Assembly: GCA_964016885.1 (NCBI GenBank)
Contig: CAXHJY010001048.1
Location: forward strand, 1 to 50,305
Length of the DNA: 50,305 nt
DNA from: Eledone cirrhosa
Lineage: Eukaryota
Direction of reading: 5' to 3'
Numbering within the stretch: the first letter of the stretch is position 1; each line of letters opens with the position of its first letter. Position numbers and translations under genes: made by a program. This document shows, piece after piece, positions 1-17,700 of the stretch. Below the pieces are notes generated by a model that saw only the letters and a program-made list of their open reading frames with translations, did no database searches and was not told where the DNA came from.

Positions 1-235
1 ACATACCCCAGCCACCCACCCCTGTGCATCAGACCTCCACCATCCACTTATGAGCTTTGCTGTTCTCCTTACCCACGCCACCCTTCCAACTCCCACTACC
101 CCCTCCTAGTTTATCTTCGAGCCACTTAAGAGCTACTTGTAATAAACTGTAAAATAACAACAACCATAACAGTAACAACAATAAATACTACTACGACTAC
201 CACTACTACTACAACAGTAAGGGACAACAACAATA

Positions 236-480
236 ACAACACCACAAACAACTATAACAACACCAATAACAACACCACAAACAACTATAACAACACCAAC
301 AACAACACCACAAACAACTATAACAAAACCAACGACAACACCACAAAAAAATATAACAACACCAACGACAACACCACAAACAACTATAACAACAACACCA
401 ACAACAACACCACAAACAACTATAACAACACCAACAACAACACCACAAACAAATATAACAAGACCAACAACGACTATAAA
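236..480. repeat. 30-33 bp minisatellite (ACAACACCACAAACAACTATAACAACACCA), ~8 copies
   Basis: Unit recurs directly; one + frame reads TTPQTTITTP but is bounded by stops and has no ATG. Confidence 0.85.
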
Positions 481-539
481 TAACAAGAGAAGTAGGCAGC
501 AAAACAACATCAATAACAAATAACTATAACTAGATCAAG

Positions 540-995
540 AACAACTATTACAATAATGGTGACAACAACTACAACAACTACAACAACTACAATAGTAACG
601 ACTACAACAATAACAAATTGAAAAAATACTACCACCACAACCGCCACCACCACCACCACCACCATCACCACCACCACCGCCATCACCACCACCATCACCA
701 CCATCACAATCACCACCACCACTACCACCACCACTACCACCACCTCCACCACCACCACTACCATCACCAACACCACCACCACTAACCCCCCCCCCCCCCA
801 CCCACCACCACCACCACTACCATCACCAACACCACTACCATCACCACCACCACCACCACTACCATCACCAAAACCTCGACCACTACCATCATCACCATCA
901 CCACCACCACCACCACCACCACCACCACCACCACCACCACCACCACCACCACCACCATCGCCACCACCACGACCACTACCATCACCATCACCACC
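540..995. repeat. (ACA)n/(CCA)n trinucleotide low-complexity tract with poly-C at 786-799
   Basis: Visible ACA, CCA, CTA, TCA triplet runs leading straight into the large array. Confidence 0.9.
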
Positions 996-2741
996 ACCAA
1001 TGTAGATAACAACAACAACAACAGCACCAATGTAGATAAGAACAACAACAACAACAGCAACAGCACCAATGTAGATAACAACAACAACAACAGCACCAAT
1101 GTAGATAACAACAGCAACAGCACCAATGTAGATAACAACAACAACAACAACAACAACACCAATGTAGATGACACCAACAACAACTTCACCAATGTAGATA
1201 ACAATAACAACAACAGCACCAATGTAGATAACAACAACAACAACAGCACCAATGTAGATAACAACAACAACAACAACACCAATGTAGATAACAACAACAA
1301 CAACAGCACCAATGTAGATAACAACAACAACAACAGCACCAATGTAGATAACAACAACAACAACAGCACCAATGTAGATAACAACAACAACAACAACAGC
1401 ACCGACGTAGATAACAACAACAACAACAACAGCACCAATGTAGATAACAACAACAACAACAGCACCAATGTAGATAACAACAACAACAACACCAATGTAG
1501 ATAACAACAACAACAACAGCACCGATGTAGATAACAACAACAACAACAACAGCACCAATGTAGATAACAACATCAACAACAACACCAATGTAGATAACAA
1601 CAACAACAACAACAGCACCGATGTAGATAACAACAACAACAACAGCACCAATGTAGATAACGACAACAACAACAACAACAGCACTAATGTAGATAACAAC
1701 AACAACAACAACACCAATGTAGATAACAACAACAACAACAACAGCACCAATGTAGATAACAACAACAGCACCAATGTAGATAACAACAACAACAACAACA
1801 GCACCAATGTAGATAACAACAACAACAACAGCACCAATGTAGATAACAACAACAACAACAACAGCACCGATGTAGATAACAACAACAACAACGGCACCAA
1901 TGTAGATAACAACAACAACAACAACAGCACCGATGTAGATAACAACAACAACAACAGCACCAATGTAGATAACGACAACAACAACAACAGCACTAATGTA
2001 GATAACAACAACAACAACAACAGCACCAATGTAGATAACAACAACAACAACAACACCAATGTAGATAACAACAACAACAACAGCACCGATGTAGATAACA
2101 ACAACAACAACAACAACACCAATGTAGATAACAACAACAACAACAGCACCGATGTAGATAACAACAACAACAACAACAACACCAATATAGATAACAACAA
2201 CAACAACAACAGCACTGATGTAGCTAACAACAACAACAACACCAATGTAGATAACAACAACAACAACAGCACCAATGTAGATAACAACAGCAACAGCACC
2301 AATGTAGATAACAACAACAACAACAACAGCACCAGTGTAGATAACAACAACAACAACAACAACAACACCAATGTAGATAACAACAACAATAACAGCACCA
2401 ATGTAGATAACAACAACAACAACAACACCAATGTAGATAACAACAACAACAACAGCACCAATGTAGATAACAACAACAACAACAACAGCACGAATGAAGA
2501 TAACAACAACAACAACAACAGCACCAATGTAGATAACAACAACAACAGCACCAATGTAGATAACAACAACAACAACAAAACCAATGTAGATAAAAACAAC
2601 AGCAACAACAGCACGAATGAAGATAACTACAACAACAACAACAGCACCAATGTAGATAACAACAACAACAGCACCGATGTAGATAACAACAACAACAACA
2701 CCACCAATGTAGATAACAACAACAACAACACCAATGTAGAT

Positions 2742-2778
<37 letters not shown>

Positions 2779-5700
2779 GCACCGATGTAGATAACAACAA
2801 CAACGGCACCAATGTAGATAACAACAACAACAACAACAGCACCGATGTAGATAACAACAACAACAACAGCACCAATGTAGATAACAACAACAACAACAAC
2901 AACAGCACCAATGTAGATAACAACAACAACAGCACCAATGTAGATAACAACAACAACAACAACAACACCAATGTAAATAACAACAACAACAACAACACCA
3001 ATGTAGATAACAACAACAACACCAATGTAGATAACAACAACAACAGCACCAATGTAGATAACAACAACAACAACAACAGCACCAATGTAGATAACAACAT
3101 CAACAACAACACCAATGTAGATAACAACAACAACAACAGCACCAATGTAGATAACAACATCAACAACAACACCAATGTAGATAACAACAACAACAACAGC
3201 ACCAATGTAGATAACAACAACAACAACAGCACCAATGTAGATAACAACAACAACAACAACAGCACCAATGTAGATAACAACAAAAACAACAACAGCACCA
3301 ATGTAGATAACAACAACAACAGCACCAATGTAGATAACAACAACAACAACAAAACCAATGTAGATAACAACAACAGCAACAACAGCACCGATGTAGATAA
3401 CAACAACAACGGCACCAATGTAGATAACAACAACAATAACAACAGCACCGATGTAGATAACAACAACAACAACAGCACCAATGTAGATAACAACAACAAC
3501 AACAACAGCACCAATGTAGATAACAACAACAACATGAGCACCAATGTAGATAATAACAACAACAATAACAACACCAATGTAGATAACAACAACAACAACA
3601 GCACCGATGTAGATAACAACAACAACACCAATGTAGATAACAACAACAGCACCAATGTAGATAACAACAACAACACCAATGTAGATAACAACAACAACAG
3701 CACCAATGTAGATAACAACAACAACAACAGCACAAATGTAGATAACAACAACAACAACAGCACCAATGTAGATAACTACAACAACAGCACCAATGTAGAT
3801 AACAACAACAACAACAGCACCAATGTAGATAACGACAACAACAACAACAACACCAATGTAGATAACAACAACAACAGCACCAATGTAGATAACAACAACA
3901 ACAGCAACAATGTAGATAACAACAGCAACAACAGCACCAATGTAGATAACAACAACAACAACAGCACCAATGTAGATAACAACAACAACAGCACCAATGT
4001 AGATAACAACAACAACAACAGCACCAATGTAGATAACAACAACAACAACAGCACCAATGTAGATAACGACAACAACAACAACAACACCAATGTAGATAAC
4101 AACAACAACAGCACCAATGTAGATAACAACAACAACAGCAACAATGTAGATAACAACAGCAACAACAGCACCAATGTAGATAACAACAACAACAGCACCA
4201 ATGTAGATAACAACAACAACAACAACAACACCAATGTAAATAACAACAACAACAACAACACCAATGTAGATAACAACAACAACACCAATGTAGATAACAA
4301 CAACAACAGCACCAATGTAGATAACAACAACAACAACAACAGCACCAATGTAGATAACAACATCAACAACAACACCAATGTAGATAACAACAACAACAAC
4401 AGCACCAATGTAGATAACAACATCAACAACAACACCAATGTAGATAACAACAACAACAACAGCACCAATGTAGATAACAACAACAACAACAGCACCAATG
4501 TAGATAACAACAACAACAACAACAGCACCAATGTAGATAACAACAAAAACAACAACAGCACCAATGTAGATAACAACAACAACAGCACCAATGTAGATAA
4601 CAACAACAACAACAAAACCAATGTAGATAACAACAACAGCAACAACAGCACCGATGTAGATAACAACAACAACGGCACCAATGTAGATAACAACAACAAT
4701 AACAACAGCACCGATGTAGATAACAACAACAACAACAGCACCAATGTAGATAACAACAACAACAACAACAGCACCAATGTAGATAACAACAACAACAAGA
4801 GCACCAATGTAGATAATAACAACAACAATAACAACACCAATGTAGATAACAACAACAACAACAGCACCGATGTAGATAACAACAACAACACCAATGTAGA
4901 TAACAACAACAGCACCAATGTAGATAACAACAACAACACCAATGTAGATAACAACAACAACAGCACCAATGTAGATAACAACAACAACAACAGCACAAAT
5001 GTAGATAACAACAACAACAACAGCACCAATGTAGATAACTACAACAACAGCACCAATGTAGATAACAACAACAACAACAGCACCAATGTAGATAACGACA
5101 ACAACAACAACAACACCAATGTAGATAACAACAACAACAGCACCAATGTAGATAACAACAACAACAGCAACAATGTAGATAACAACAGCAACAACAGCAC
5201 CAATGTAGATAACAACAACAACAACAGCACCAATGTAGATAACAACAACAACAGCACCAATGTAGATAACAACAACAACAACAGCACCAATGTAGATAAC
5301 AACAACAACAGCAACAATGTAGATAACAACAACAACAACAGCACCAATGTAGATAACAACAACAACAACACCAATGTAGATAACAACAACAACAACAACA
5401 CCAATGTAGATAACAACAACAACAACAGCACCAATGTAGATAACAACAACAACAGCACCAATGTAGATAACAACAACAACAACAACAGCACCAATGTAGA
5501 TAACAACAACAACAACAGCACCAATGTAGATAACAACAACAACAACAACAGCACCGATGTAGATAACAACAACAACAACAGCACCAATGTAGATAACGAC
5601 AACAACAACAACAGCACTAATGTAGATAACAACAACAACAACAACAGCACCAATGTAGATAACAACAACAACAACAACAACACCAATGTAGATAACAACA

Positions 5701-8700
5701 ACAACAACAACACCAATGTAGATAACAACAACAACAACAGCTCCGATGTAGATAACAACAACAACAGCAGCAATGTAGATAACAACAACAACAACAACAG
5801 CACCAATGTAGATAACAACAGCAACAGCACCAATGTAGATAACAACAACAACAACAACAGCACCAGTGTAGATAACAACAACAACAACAACACCAATGTA
5901 GATAACAACAACAATAACAGCACCAATGTAGATAACAACAACAACAACAACACCAATGCAGATAACAACAACAACAGCACCAATGTAGATAACAAGAACA
6001 ACACAACAGCACCAATGTAGATAACAACAACAACAACAACACCAATGTAGATAACAACAACAACAACAGCTCCGATGTAGATAACAACAACAACAGCAGC
6101 AATGTAGATAACAACAACAACAACAACAGCACCAATGTAGATAACAACAGCAACAGCACCAATGTAGATAACAACAACAACAACAACAGCACCGATGTAG
6201 ATAACAACAACAACAACAACACCAATGTAGATAACAACAACAATAACAGCACCAATGTAGATAACAACAACAACAACAACACCAATGCAGATAACAACAA
6301 CAACAGCACCAATGTAGATAACAAGAACAACACAACAGCACCAATGTAGATAACAACAACAACAACAGCACCAATGTAGATAACAACAACAACAACAACA
6401 GCACGAATGAAGATAACAACAACAACAACAGCACCAATGTAGATAACAACAACAACAGCACCAATGTAGATAACAACAACAACAACAAAACCAATGTAGA
6501 TAAAAACAACAGCAACAACAGCACCGATGTAGATAACAACAACAACAACACCACCAATGTAGATAACAACAACAACAACAACAACAACAACAGCACCGAT
6601 GTAGATAACAACAACAACAACGGCACCAATGTAGATAACAACAACAACAACAACAGCACCGATGTAGATAACAACAACAACAACAGCACCAATGTAGATA
6701 ACAACAACAACAACAACAACAGCACCAATGTAGATAACAACAACAACAGCACCAATGTAGATAACAACAACAACAACAACAACAACAACACCAATGTAAA
6801 TAACAACAACAACAACAACACCAATGTAGATAACAACAACAACACCAATGTAGATAACAACAACAACAGCACCAATGTAGATAACAACAACAACAACAAC
6901 AGCACCAATGTAGATAACAACATCAACAACAACACCAATGTAGATAACAACAACAACAACAGCACCAATGTAGATAACAACAACAACAACAACACCAATG
7001 TAGATAACAACAACAACAACAACAGCACCAATGTAGATAACAACAACAACAACAACAGCACCAATGTAGATAACAACAACAACAACAACAACAGCACCAA
7101 TGTAGATAACAACAACAACAACAACAGCACCAATGTAGATAACAACAACAACAACAACAGCACCAATGTAGATAACAACAGCAACAACAGCACCAATGTA
7201 GATAACAACAACAATAACAACAGCACCAATGTAGATAACAACAACAACAACAGCACCAATGTAGATAACAACAACAACAGGAACAATATAGATAACAACA
7301 ACAACAACAGCACCAATGAAGATAACAACAACAACAACAACAGCACCAATGTAGATAACAACAACAACAGCAACAATGTAGATAACAACAACAACAACAA
7401 CACCAATGTAGATAACAACAACAACAACAACACCAATGTAGATAACAACAACAACAACAACAACAATGTAGATAACAACAACAACAGCAACAATGTAGAT
7501 AACAACAACAACGACAGCACCAATGTAGATAACAACAACAGCAACAGCACCAATGTAGATAACAACAACAACAACACCAATGTAGATAACAACAACAACA
7601 ACAGCACCAATGTAGATAACAACAACAACAGCACCAATGTAGATAACAACAACAACAGCACCAATGTAGATAACAACAACAACAACAACAGCACCAATGT
7701 AGATAACAACAAGAACAGCACCAATGTAGATAACAACAGCAACAACAACAGCACCGATGTAGATAACAACAACAACAACAACACCAATGTAGATAACAAC
7801 AACAACAACAGCACCAATGTAGATAACAACAACAACAACAACAGCACCAATGTAGATAACAACAACAACAGCAACAATGTAGATAACAACAACAACAACA
7901 ACACCAATGTAGATAACAACAACAACAACAGCACCAATGTAGATAACAACAACAACAACAACAGCACCAATGTAGATAACAACAACAACAGCACCAATGC
8001 AGATAACAACAACAACAACAGCACCGATGTAGATAACAACAACAACAATAACACCAATGTAGATAACAACAACAATGACAGCACCAATGTAGATAACAAC
8101 AACAACAACAACAGCACGAATGTAGATAACAACAACAACAACGGCACCAATGTAGATAACAACAACAAGAACAGCACCAATGTAGATAACAACAACAGCA
8201 ACAGCACCAATGTAGATAACAACAACAACAACAACACCAATGTAGAAAACAACAACAACAACAACACCAATGTAGATAACAACAACAACACCAATGTAGA
8301 TAACAACAACAACAGCACCAATGTAGATAACAACAACAACAACAACAGCACCAATGTAGATAACAACATCAACAACAACACCAATGTAGATAACAACAAC
8401 AACAACAGCACCAATGTAGATAACAACATCAACAACAACACCAATGTAGATAACAACAACAACAACAGCACCAATGTAGATAACAACAACAACAACAGCA
8501 CCAATGTAGATAACAACAACAACAACAACAGCACCAATGTAGATAACAACAAAAACAACAACAGCACCAATGTAGATAACAACAACAACAGCACCAATGT
8601 AGATAACAACAACAACAACAAAACCAATGTAGATAACAACAACAGCAACAACAGCACCGATGTAGATAACAACAACAACGGCACCAATGTAGATAACAAC

Positions 8701-11700
8701 AACAATAACAACAGCACCGATGTAGATAACAACAACAACAACAGCACCAATGTAGATAACAACAACAACAACAACAGCACCAATGTAGATAACAACAACA
8801 ACATGAGCACCAATGTAGATAATAACAACAACAATAACAACACCAATGTAGATAACAACAACAACAACAGCACCGATGTAGATAACAACAACAACACCAA
8901 TGTAGATAACAACAACAGCACCAATGTAGATAACAACAACAACACCAATGTAGATAACAACAACAACAGCACCAATGTAGATAACAACAACAACAACAGC
9001 ACAAATGTAGATAACAACAACAACAACAGCACCAATGTAGATAACTACAACAACAGCACCAATGTAGATAACAACAACAACAACAGCACCAATGTAGATA
9101 ACGACAACAACAACAACAACACCAATGTAGATAACAACAACAACAGCACCAATGTAGATAACAACAACAACAGCAACAATGTAGATAACAACAGCAACAA
9201 CAGCACCAATGTAGATAACAACAACAACAACAGCACCAATGTAGATAACAACAACAACAGCACCAATGTAGATAACAACAACAACAACAGCACCAATGTA
9301 GATAACAACAACAACAGCAACAATGTAGATAACAACAACAACAACAGCACCAATGTAGATAACAACAACAACAACACCAATGTAGATAACAACAACAACA
9401 ACAACAGCACCAATGTAGATAACAACAACAACAACAGCACCAATGTAGATAACAACAACAACAGCACCAATGTAGATAACAACAACAACAACAACAGCAC
9501 CAATGTAGATAACAACAACAACAACAGCACCAATGTAGATAACAACAACAACAACAACAGCACCGATGTAGATAACAACAACAACAACGGCACCAATGTA
9601 GATAACAACAACAACAACAACAGCACCGATGTAGATAACAACAACAACAACAGCACCAATGTAGATAACGACAACAACAACAACAGCACTAATGTAGATA
9701 ACAACAACAACAACAACAGCACCAATGTAGATAACAACAACAACAACAACAACACCAATGTAGATAACAACAACAACAACAACACCAATGTAGATAACAA
9801 CAACAACAACAGCTCCGATGTAGATAACAACAACAACAGCAGCAATGTAGATAACAACAACAACAACAACAGCACCAATGTAGATAACAACAGCAACAGC
9901 ACCAATGTAGATAACAACAACAACAACAACAGCACCAGTGTAGATAACAACAACAACAACAACACCAATGTAGATAACAACAACAATAACAGCACCAATG
10001 TAGATAACAACAACAACAACAACACCAATGCAGATAACAACAACAACAGCACCAATGTAGATAACAAGAACAACACAACAGCACCAATGTAGATAACAAC
10101 AACAACAACAGCACCAATGTAGATAACAACAACAACAACAACAGCACGAATGAAGATAACAACAACAACAACAGCACCAATGTAGATAACAACAACAACA
10201 GCACCAATGTAGATAACAACAACAACAACAAAACCAATGTAGATAAAAACAACAGCAACAACAGCACCGATGTAGATAACAACAACAACAACACCACCAA
10301 TGTAGATAACAACAACAACAACAACAACAACAACAGCACCGATGTAGATAACAACAACAACAACGGCACCAATGTAGATAACAACAACAACAACAACAGC
10401 ACCGATGTAGATAACAACAACAACAACAGCACCAATGTAGATAACAACAACAACAACAACAACAGCACCAATGTAGATAACAACAACAACAGCACCAATG
10501 TAGATAACAACAACAACAACAACAACAACAACACCAATGTAAATAACAACAACAACAACAACACCAATGTAGATAACAACAACAACACCAATGTAGATAA
10601 CAACAACAACAGCACCAATGTAGATAACAACAACAACAACAACAGCACCAATGTAGATAACAACATCAACAACAACACCAATGTAGATAACAACAACAAC
10701 AACAGCACCAATGTAGATAACAACAACAACAACAACACCAATGTAGATAACAACAACAACAACAACAGCACCAATGTAGATAACAACAACAACAACAACA
10801 GCACCAATGTAGATAACAACAACAACAACAACAACAGCACCAATGTAGATAACAACAACAACAACAACAGCACCAATGTAGATAACAACAACAACAACAA
10901 CAGCACCAATGTAGATAACAACAGCAACAACAGCACCAATGTAGATAACAACAACAATAACAACAGCACCAATGTAGATAACAACAACAACAACAGCACC
11001 AATGTAGATAACAACAACAACAGGAACAATATAGATAACAACAACAACAACAGCACCAATGAAGATAACAACAACAACAACAGCACCAATGTAGATAACA
11101 ACAACAACAGCAACAATGTAGATAACAACAACAACAACAACACCAATGTAGATAACAACAACAACAACAACACCAATGTAGATAACAACAACAACAACAA
11201 CAACAATGTAGATAACAACAACAACAGCAACAATGTAGATAACAACAACAACGACAGCACCAATGTATATAACAACAACAGCAACAGCACCAATGTAGAT
11301 AACAACAACAACAACACCAATGTAGATAACAACAACAACAACAGCACCAATGTAGATAACAACAACAACAGCACCAATGTAGATAACAACAACAACAGCA
11401 CCAATGTAGATAACAACAACAACAACAACAGCACCAATGTAGATAACAACAAGAACAGCACCAATGTAGATAACAACAGCAACAACAACAGCACCGATGT
11501 AGATAACAACAACAACAACAACACCAATGTAGATAACAACAACAACAACAGCACCAATGTAGATAACAACAACAACAACAACAGCACCAATGTAGATAAC
11601 AACAACAACAGCAACAATGTAGATAACAACAACAACAACAACACCAATGTAGATAACAACAACAACAACAGCACCAATGTAGATAACAACAACAACAACA

Positions 11701-14700
11701 ACAGCACCAATGTAGATAACAACAACAACAGCACCAATGCAGATAACAACAACAACAACAGCACCGATGTAGATAACAACAACAACAATAACACCAATGT
11801 AGATAACAACAACAATGACAGCACCAATGTAGATAACAACAACAACAACAACAGCACGAATGTAGATAACAACAACAACAACGGCACCAATGTAGATAAC
11901 AACAACAAGAACAGCACCAATGTAGATAACAACAACAGCAACAGCACCAATGTAGATAACAACAACAACAACAACACCAATGTAGAAAACAACAACAACA
12001 ACAGCACCAATGTAGATACTAACAACAACAACAACAACAGCACCAATGTAGATAACAACAACAGCACCAATGTAGATAACACAACAGCACCAATGTAGAT
12101 AACAACAACAACAACAGCACCAATGTAGCAAACAACAACAGCACCAGTGTAGATAACAATAACAACAACAACAACAGCACCAATGTAGATAACAACAAGA
12201 ACAGCACCAATGTAGATAACAACAACAACAACAACAGCACCAATGTAGATAACAACAACAACAACAACAACACCAATGTAGATAACAACAACAACAACAA
12301 CACCAATGTAGATAACAACAACAATAACAGCACCAATGTAGATAACAACAACAACAACAACACCAATGCAGATAACAACAACAACAACAGCACCAATGTA
12401 GATAACAACAACAACAACAACAGCACCAATGTAGATAACAACAACAACAGCACCAATGTAGATAACAACAACAACAACAAAACCAATGTAGATAAAAACA
12501 ACAGCAACAACAGCACCGATGTAGATAACAACAACAACAACAACACCAATGTAGATAACAACAACACCAATGTAGATAACAACAACAACAACAACAGCAC
12601 CGATGTAGATAACAACAACAACAACGGCACCAATGTAGATAACAACAACAACAACAACAGCAGCACCGATGTAGATAACAACAACAACAACAGCACCAAT
12701 GTAGATAACAACAACAACAACAACAGCACCAATGTAGATAACAACAACAACAGCACCAATGTAGATAACAACAACAACAACAACAACAACAACACCAATG
12801 TAGATAACAACAACAACAGCACCAATGTAGATAACGACAACAACAACACCAATGTAAATAACAACAACAACAACAACAACAGCACCAATGTAGATAACAA
12901 CAGCAACAACAGCACCAATGTAGATAACAACAACAACAACAACAGCACCAATGTAGATAACAACAACAACAACAGCACCAATGTAGATAACAACAACAAC
13001 AGCAATAATGTAGATAACAACAACAACAGCACCAATGTAGATAACAACAACAACAGGAACAATATAGATAACAACAACAACAACAGCACCAATGAAGATA
13101 ACAACAACAACAACAACAACAGCACCAATGTAGATAACAACAACAAAAGCAACAATGTAGATAACAACAACAACAACACCAATGTAGATAACAACAACAA
13201 CAGGAACAATATAGATAACAACAACAACAACAGCACCAATGTAGATAACAACAACAACAGGAACAATATAGATAACAACAACAACAACAACACCAATGTA
13301 GATAACAACAACAACAGGAACAATATAGATAACAACAACAACAACAGCACCAATGAAGATAACAACAACAACAACAACAACAGCACCAATGAAGATAACA
13401 ACAACAACAACAACAACAGCACCAATGAAGATAACAACAACAACAACAACAACAGCACCAATGTAGATAACAACAACAACAGCAACAATGTAGATAACAA
13501 CAACAACAACAACACCAATGTAGATAACAACAACAACAACAGCACCAATGTAGATAACAACAACAACAGCAATAATGTAGATAACAACAACAACAGCACC
13601 AATGTAGATAACAACAACAACAGGAACAATATAGATAACAACAACAACAACAACAGCACCAATGAAGATAACAACAACAACAACAACAACAGCACCAATG
13701 TAGATAACAACAACAACAGCAATAATGTAGATAACAACAACAACAGCACCAATGTAGATAACAACAACAACAGGAACAATATAGATAACAACAACAACAA
13801 CAGCACCAATGAAGATAACAACAACAACAACAACAACAGCACCAATGTAGATAACAACAACAACAACACCAATGTAGATAACAACAACAACAACACCAAT
13901 GTAGATAACAAGAACAACAACAGCACCAATGTAGATAACAACAACAACAACACCAATGTAGATTACAACAACAACAACAACAATGTAGATTACAACAACA
14001 ACACCAATGTAGATAACAACAACAACAACAGCACCAATATAGATAACGAGAACAACAACAACACCATTGTAGATAACAACAACAACAACAACAATGTAGA
14101 TTACAACAACAACAACAACAACAGCACCAATGTAGATAACAACAACAACAGCAACAATGTAGATAACAACAACAACAACAACACCAATGTAGATAACAAC
14201 AACATCAACAGCACCAATGTAGATAACAACAACAACAACAACAACAACACCAATGTAGATAACAACAACAACAACAGCAATGTAGATAACAACAACAACA
14301 ACAGCACCAATGTAGATTACAACAACAACAACAACAATGTAGATAACAACAACAACACCAATGTAGATAACAACAACAACAGCAATAATGTAGATAACAA
14401 CAACAACAGCACCAATGTAGATAACAACAACAACAGCAATAATGTAGATAACAACAACAACAGCACCAATGTAGATAACAACAACAACAGGAACAATATA
14501 GATAACAACAACAACAACAGCACCAATGAAGATAACAACAACAACAACAACAACAGCACCAATGTAGATAACAACAACAACAGCAACAATGTAGATAACA
14601 ACAACAACAACAACACCAATGTAGATAACAACAACATCAACAGCACCAATGTAGATAGAACAACAACAACAACAACAACACCAATGTAGATAACAACAAC

Positions 14701-17700
14701 AACAACAGCAATGTAGATAACAACAACAACAACAGCACCAATGTAGATTACAACAACAACAACAATGTAGATAACAACAACAACACCAATGTAGATAACA
14801 ACAACAACAACAACACCAATGTAGATAACAAGAACAACAACAGCACCAATGTAGATAACAACAACAACAACACCAATGTAGATTACAACAACAACAACAA
14901 CAATGTAGATTACAACAACAACACCAATGTAGATAACAACAACAACAACAGCACCAATATAGATAACGATAACAACAACAACACCATTGTAGATAACAAC
15001 AACAACAACAACAATGTAGATTACAACAACAACAACAACAACAGCACCAATGTAGATAACAACAACAACAGCAACAATGTAGATAACAACAACAACAACA
15101 ACACCAATGTAGATAACAACAACATCAACAGCACCAATGTAGATAACAACAACAACAACAACAACAACACCAATGTAGATAACAACAACAACAACAGCAA
15201 TGTAGATAACAACAACAACAAAGGCACCAATGTAGATTACAACAACAACAACAACAATGTAGATAACAACAACAACACCAATGTAGATAACAACAACAAC
15301 AGCAATAATGTAGATAACAACAACAACAGCACCAATGTAGATAGCAACAACAACAGGAACAATATAGATAACAACAACAACAACAGCACCAATGAAGATA
15401 ACAACAACAACAACAACAACAGCACCAATGTAGATAACAACAACAACAGCAACAATGTAGATAACAACAACAACAACAACACCAATGTAGATAACAACAA
15501 CATCAACAGCACCAATGTAGATAACAACAACAACAACAACAACAACACCAATGTAGATAACAACAACAACAACAGCAATGTAGATAACAACAACAACAAC
15601 AGCACCAATGTAGATTACAACAACAACAACAACAATGTAGATAACAAAAACAACACCAATGTAGATAACAACAACAACAGCAATAATGTAGATAACAACA
15701 ACAACAGCACCAATGTAGATAACAACAACAACAGGAACAATATAGATAACAACAACAACAACAACACCAATGTAGATAACAAGAACAACAACAGCACCAA
15801 TGTAGATAACAACAACAACAACACCAATGTAGATTACAACAACAACAACAACAATGTAGATTACAACAACAACACCAATGTAGATAACAACAACAACAAC
15901 AGCACCAATATAGATAACGAGAACAACAACAACACCATTGTAGATAACAACAACAACAACAACAGCACCAATGTAGATAACAACAACAACAACAGCACCA
16001 ATGTAGATAACAACAACAGCAATAATGTAGATAACAACAACAACAGCACCAATGTAGATAACAACAACAACAGGAACAATATAGATAACAACAACAACAA
16101 CAGCACCAATGAAGATAACAACAACAACAACAACAACAGCACCAATGTAGATAACAACAACAACAGCAACAATGTAGATAACAACAACAACAACAACACC
16201 AATGTAGATAACAACAACATCAACAGCACCAATGTAGATAACAACAACAACAACAACAACAACACCAATGTAGATAACAACAACAACAACAGCAATGTAG
16301 ATAACAACAGCAACAACAGCACCAATGTAGATAACAACAACAACAACAACAGCACCAATGTAGATAACAACAACAACAGCACCAATGTAGATAACAACAA
16401 CAACAGCAATAATGTAGATAACAACAACAACAGCACCAATGTAGATAACAACAACAACAGGAACAATATAGATAACAACAACAACAACAGCACCAATGAA
16501 GATAACAACAACAACAACAACAACAGCACCAATGTAGATAACAACAACAACAGCAACAATGTAGATAACAACAACAACAACAACACCAATGTAGATAACA
16601 ACAACATCAACAGCACCAATGTAGATAACAACAACAACAACAACAACAACACCAATGTAGATAACAACAACAACAACAGCAATGTAGATAACAACAACAA
16701 CAACAGCACCAATGTAGATTACAACAACAACAACAACAATGTAGATAACAAAAACAACACCAATGTAGATAACAACAACAACAGCAATAATGTAGATAAC
16801 AACAACAACAGCACCAATGTAGATAACAACAACAACAGGAACAATATAGATAACAACAACAACAACAGCACCAATGAAGATAACAACAACAACAACAACA
16901 ACAGCACCAATGTAGATAACAACAACAACAGCAACAATGTAGATAACAACAACAACAACAACACCAATGTAGATAACAACAACATCAACAGCACCAATGT
17001 AGATAACAACAACAACAACAACAACAACACCAATGTAGATAACAACAACAACAACAGCAATGTAGATAACAACAACAACAACAGCACCAATGTAGATAAC
17101 AACAACAACAACAACAGCACCAATGTAGATAACAACAACAACAACAGCACCAATGTAGATAACAACAACAACAGCAATAATGTAGATAACAAAAACAACA
17201 GCACCAATGTAGATAACAACAACAACAGGAACAATATAGATAACAACAACAACAACAGCACCAATGAAGATAACAACAACAACAACAACAACAGCACCAA
17301 TGTAGATAACAACAACAACAGCAACAATGTAGATAACAACAACAACAACAACACCAATGTAGATAACAACAACATCAACAGCACCAATGTAGATAACAAC
17401 AACAACAACAACAACAACACCAATGTAGATAACAACAACAACAACAGCAATGTAGATAACAACAACAACAACAGCACCAATGTAGATTACAACAATAACA
17501 ACAACAATGTAGATAACAACAACAACACCAATGTAGATAACAACAACAACAACAACACCAATGTAGATAACAAGAACAACAACAGCACCAATGTAGATAA
17601 CAACAACAACAACACCAATGTAGATTACAACAACAACAACAACAACAATGTAGATTACAACAACAACACCAATGTAGATAACAACAACAACAACAGCACC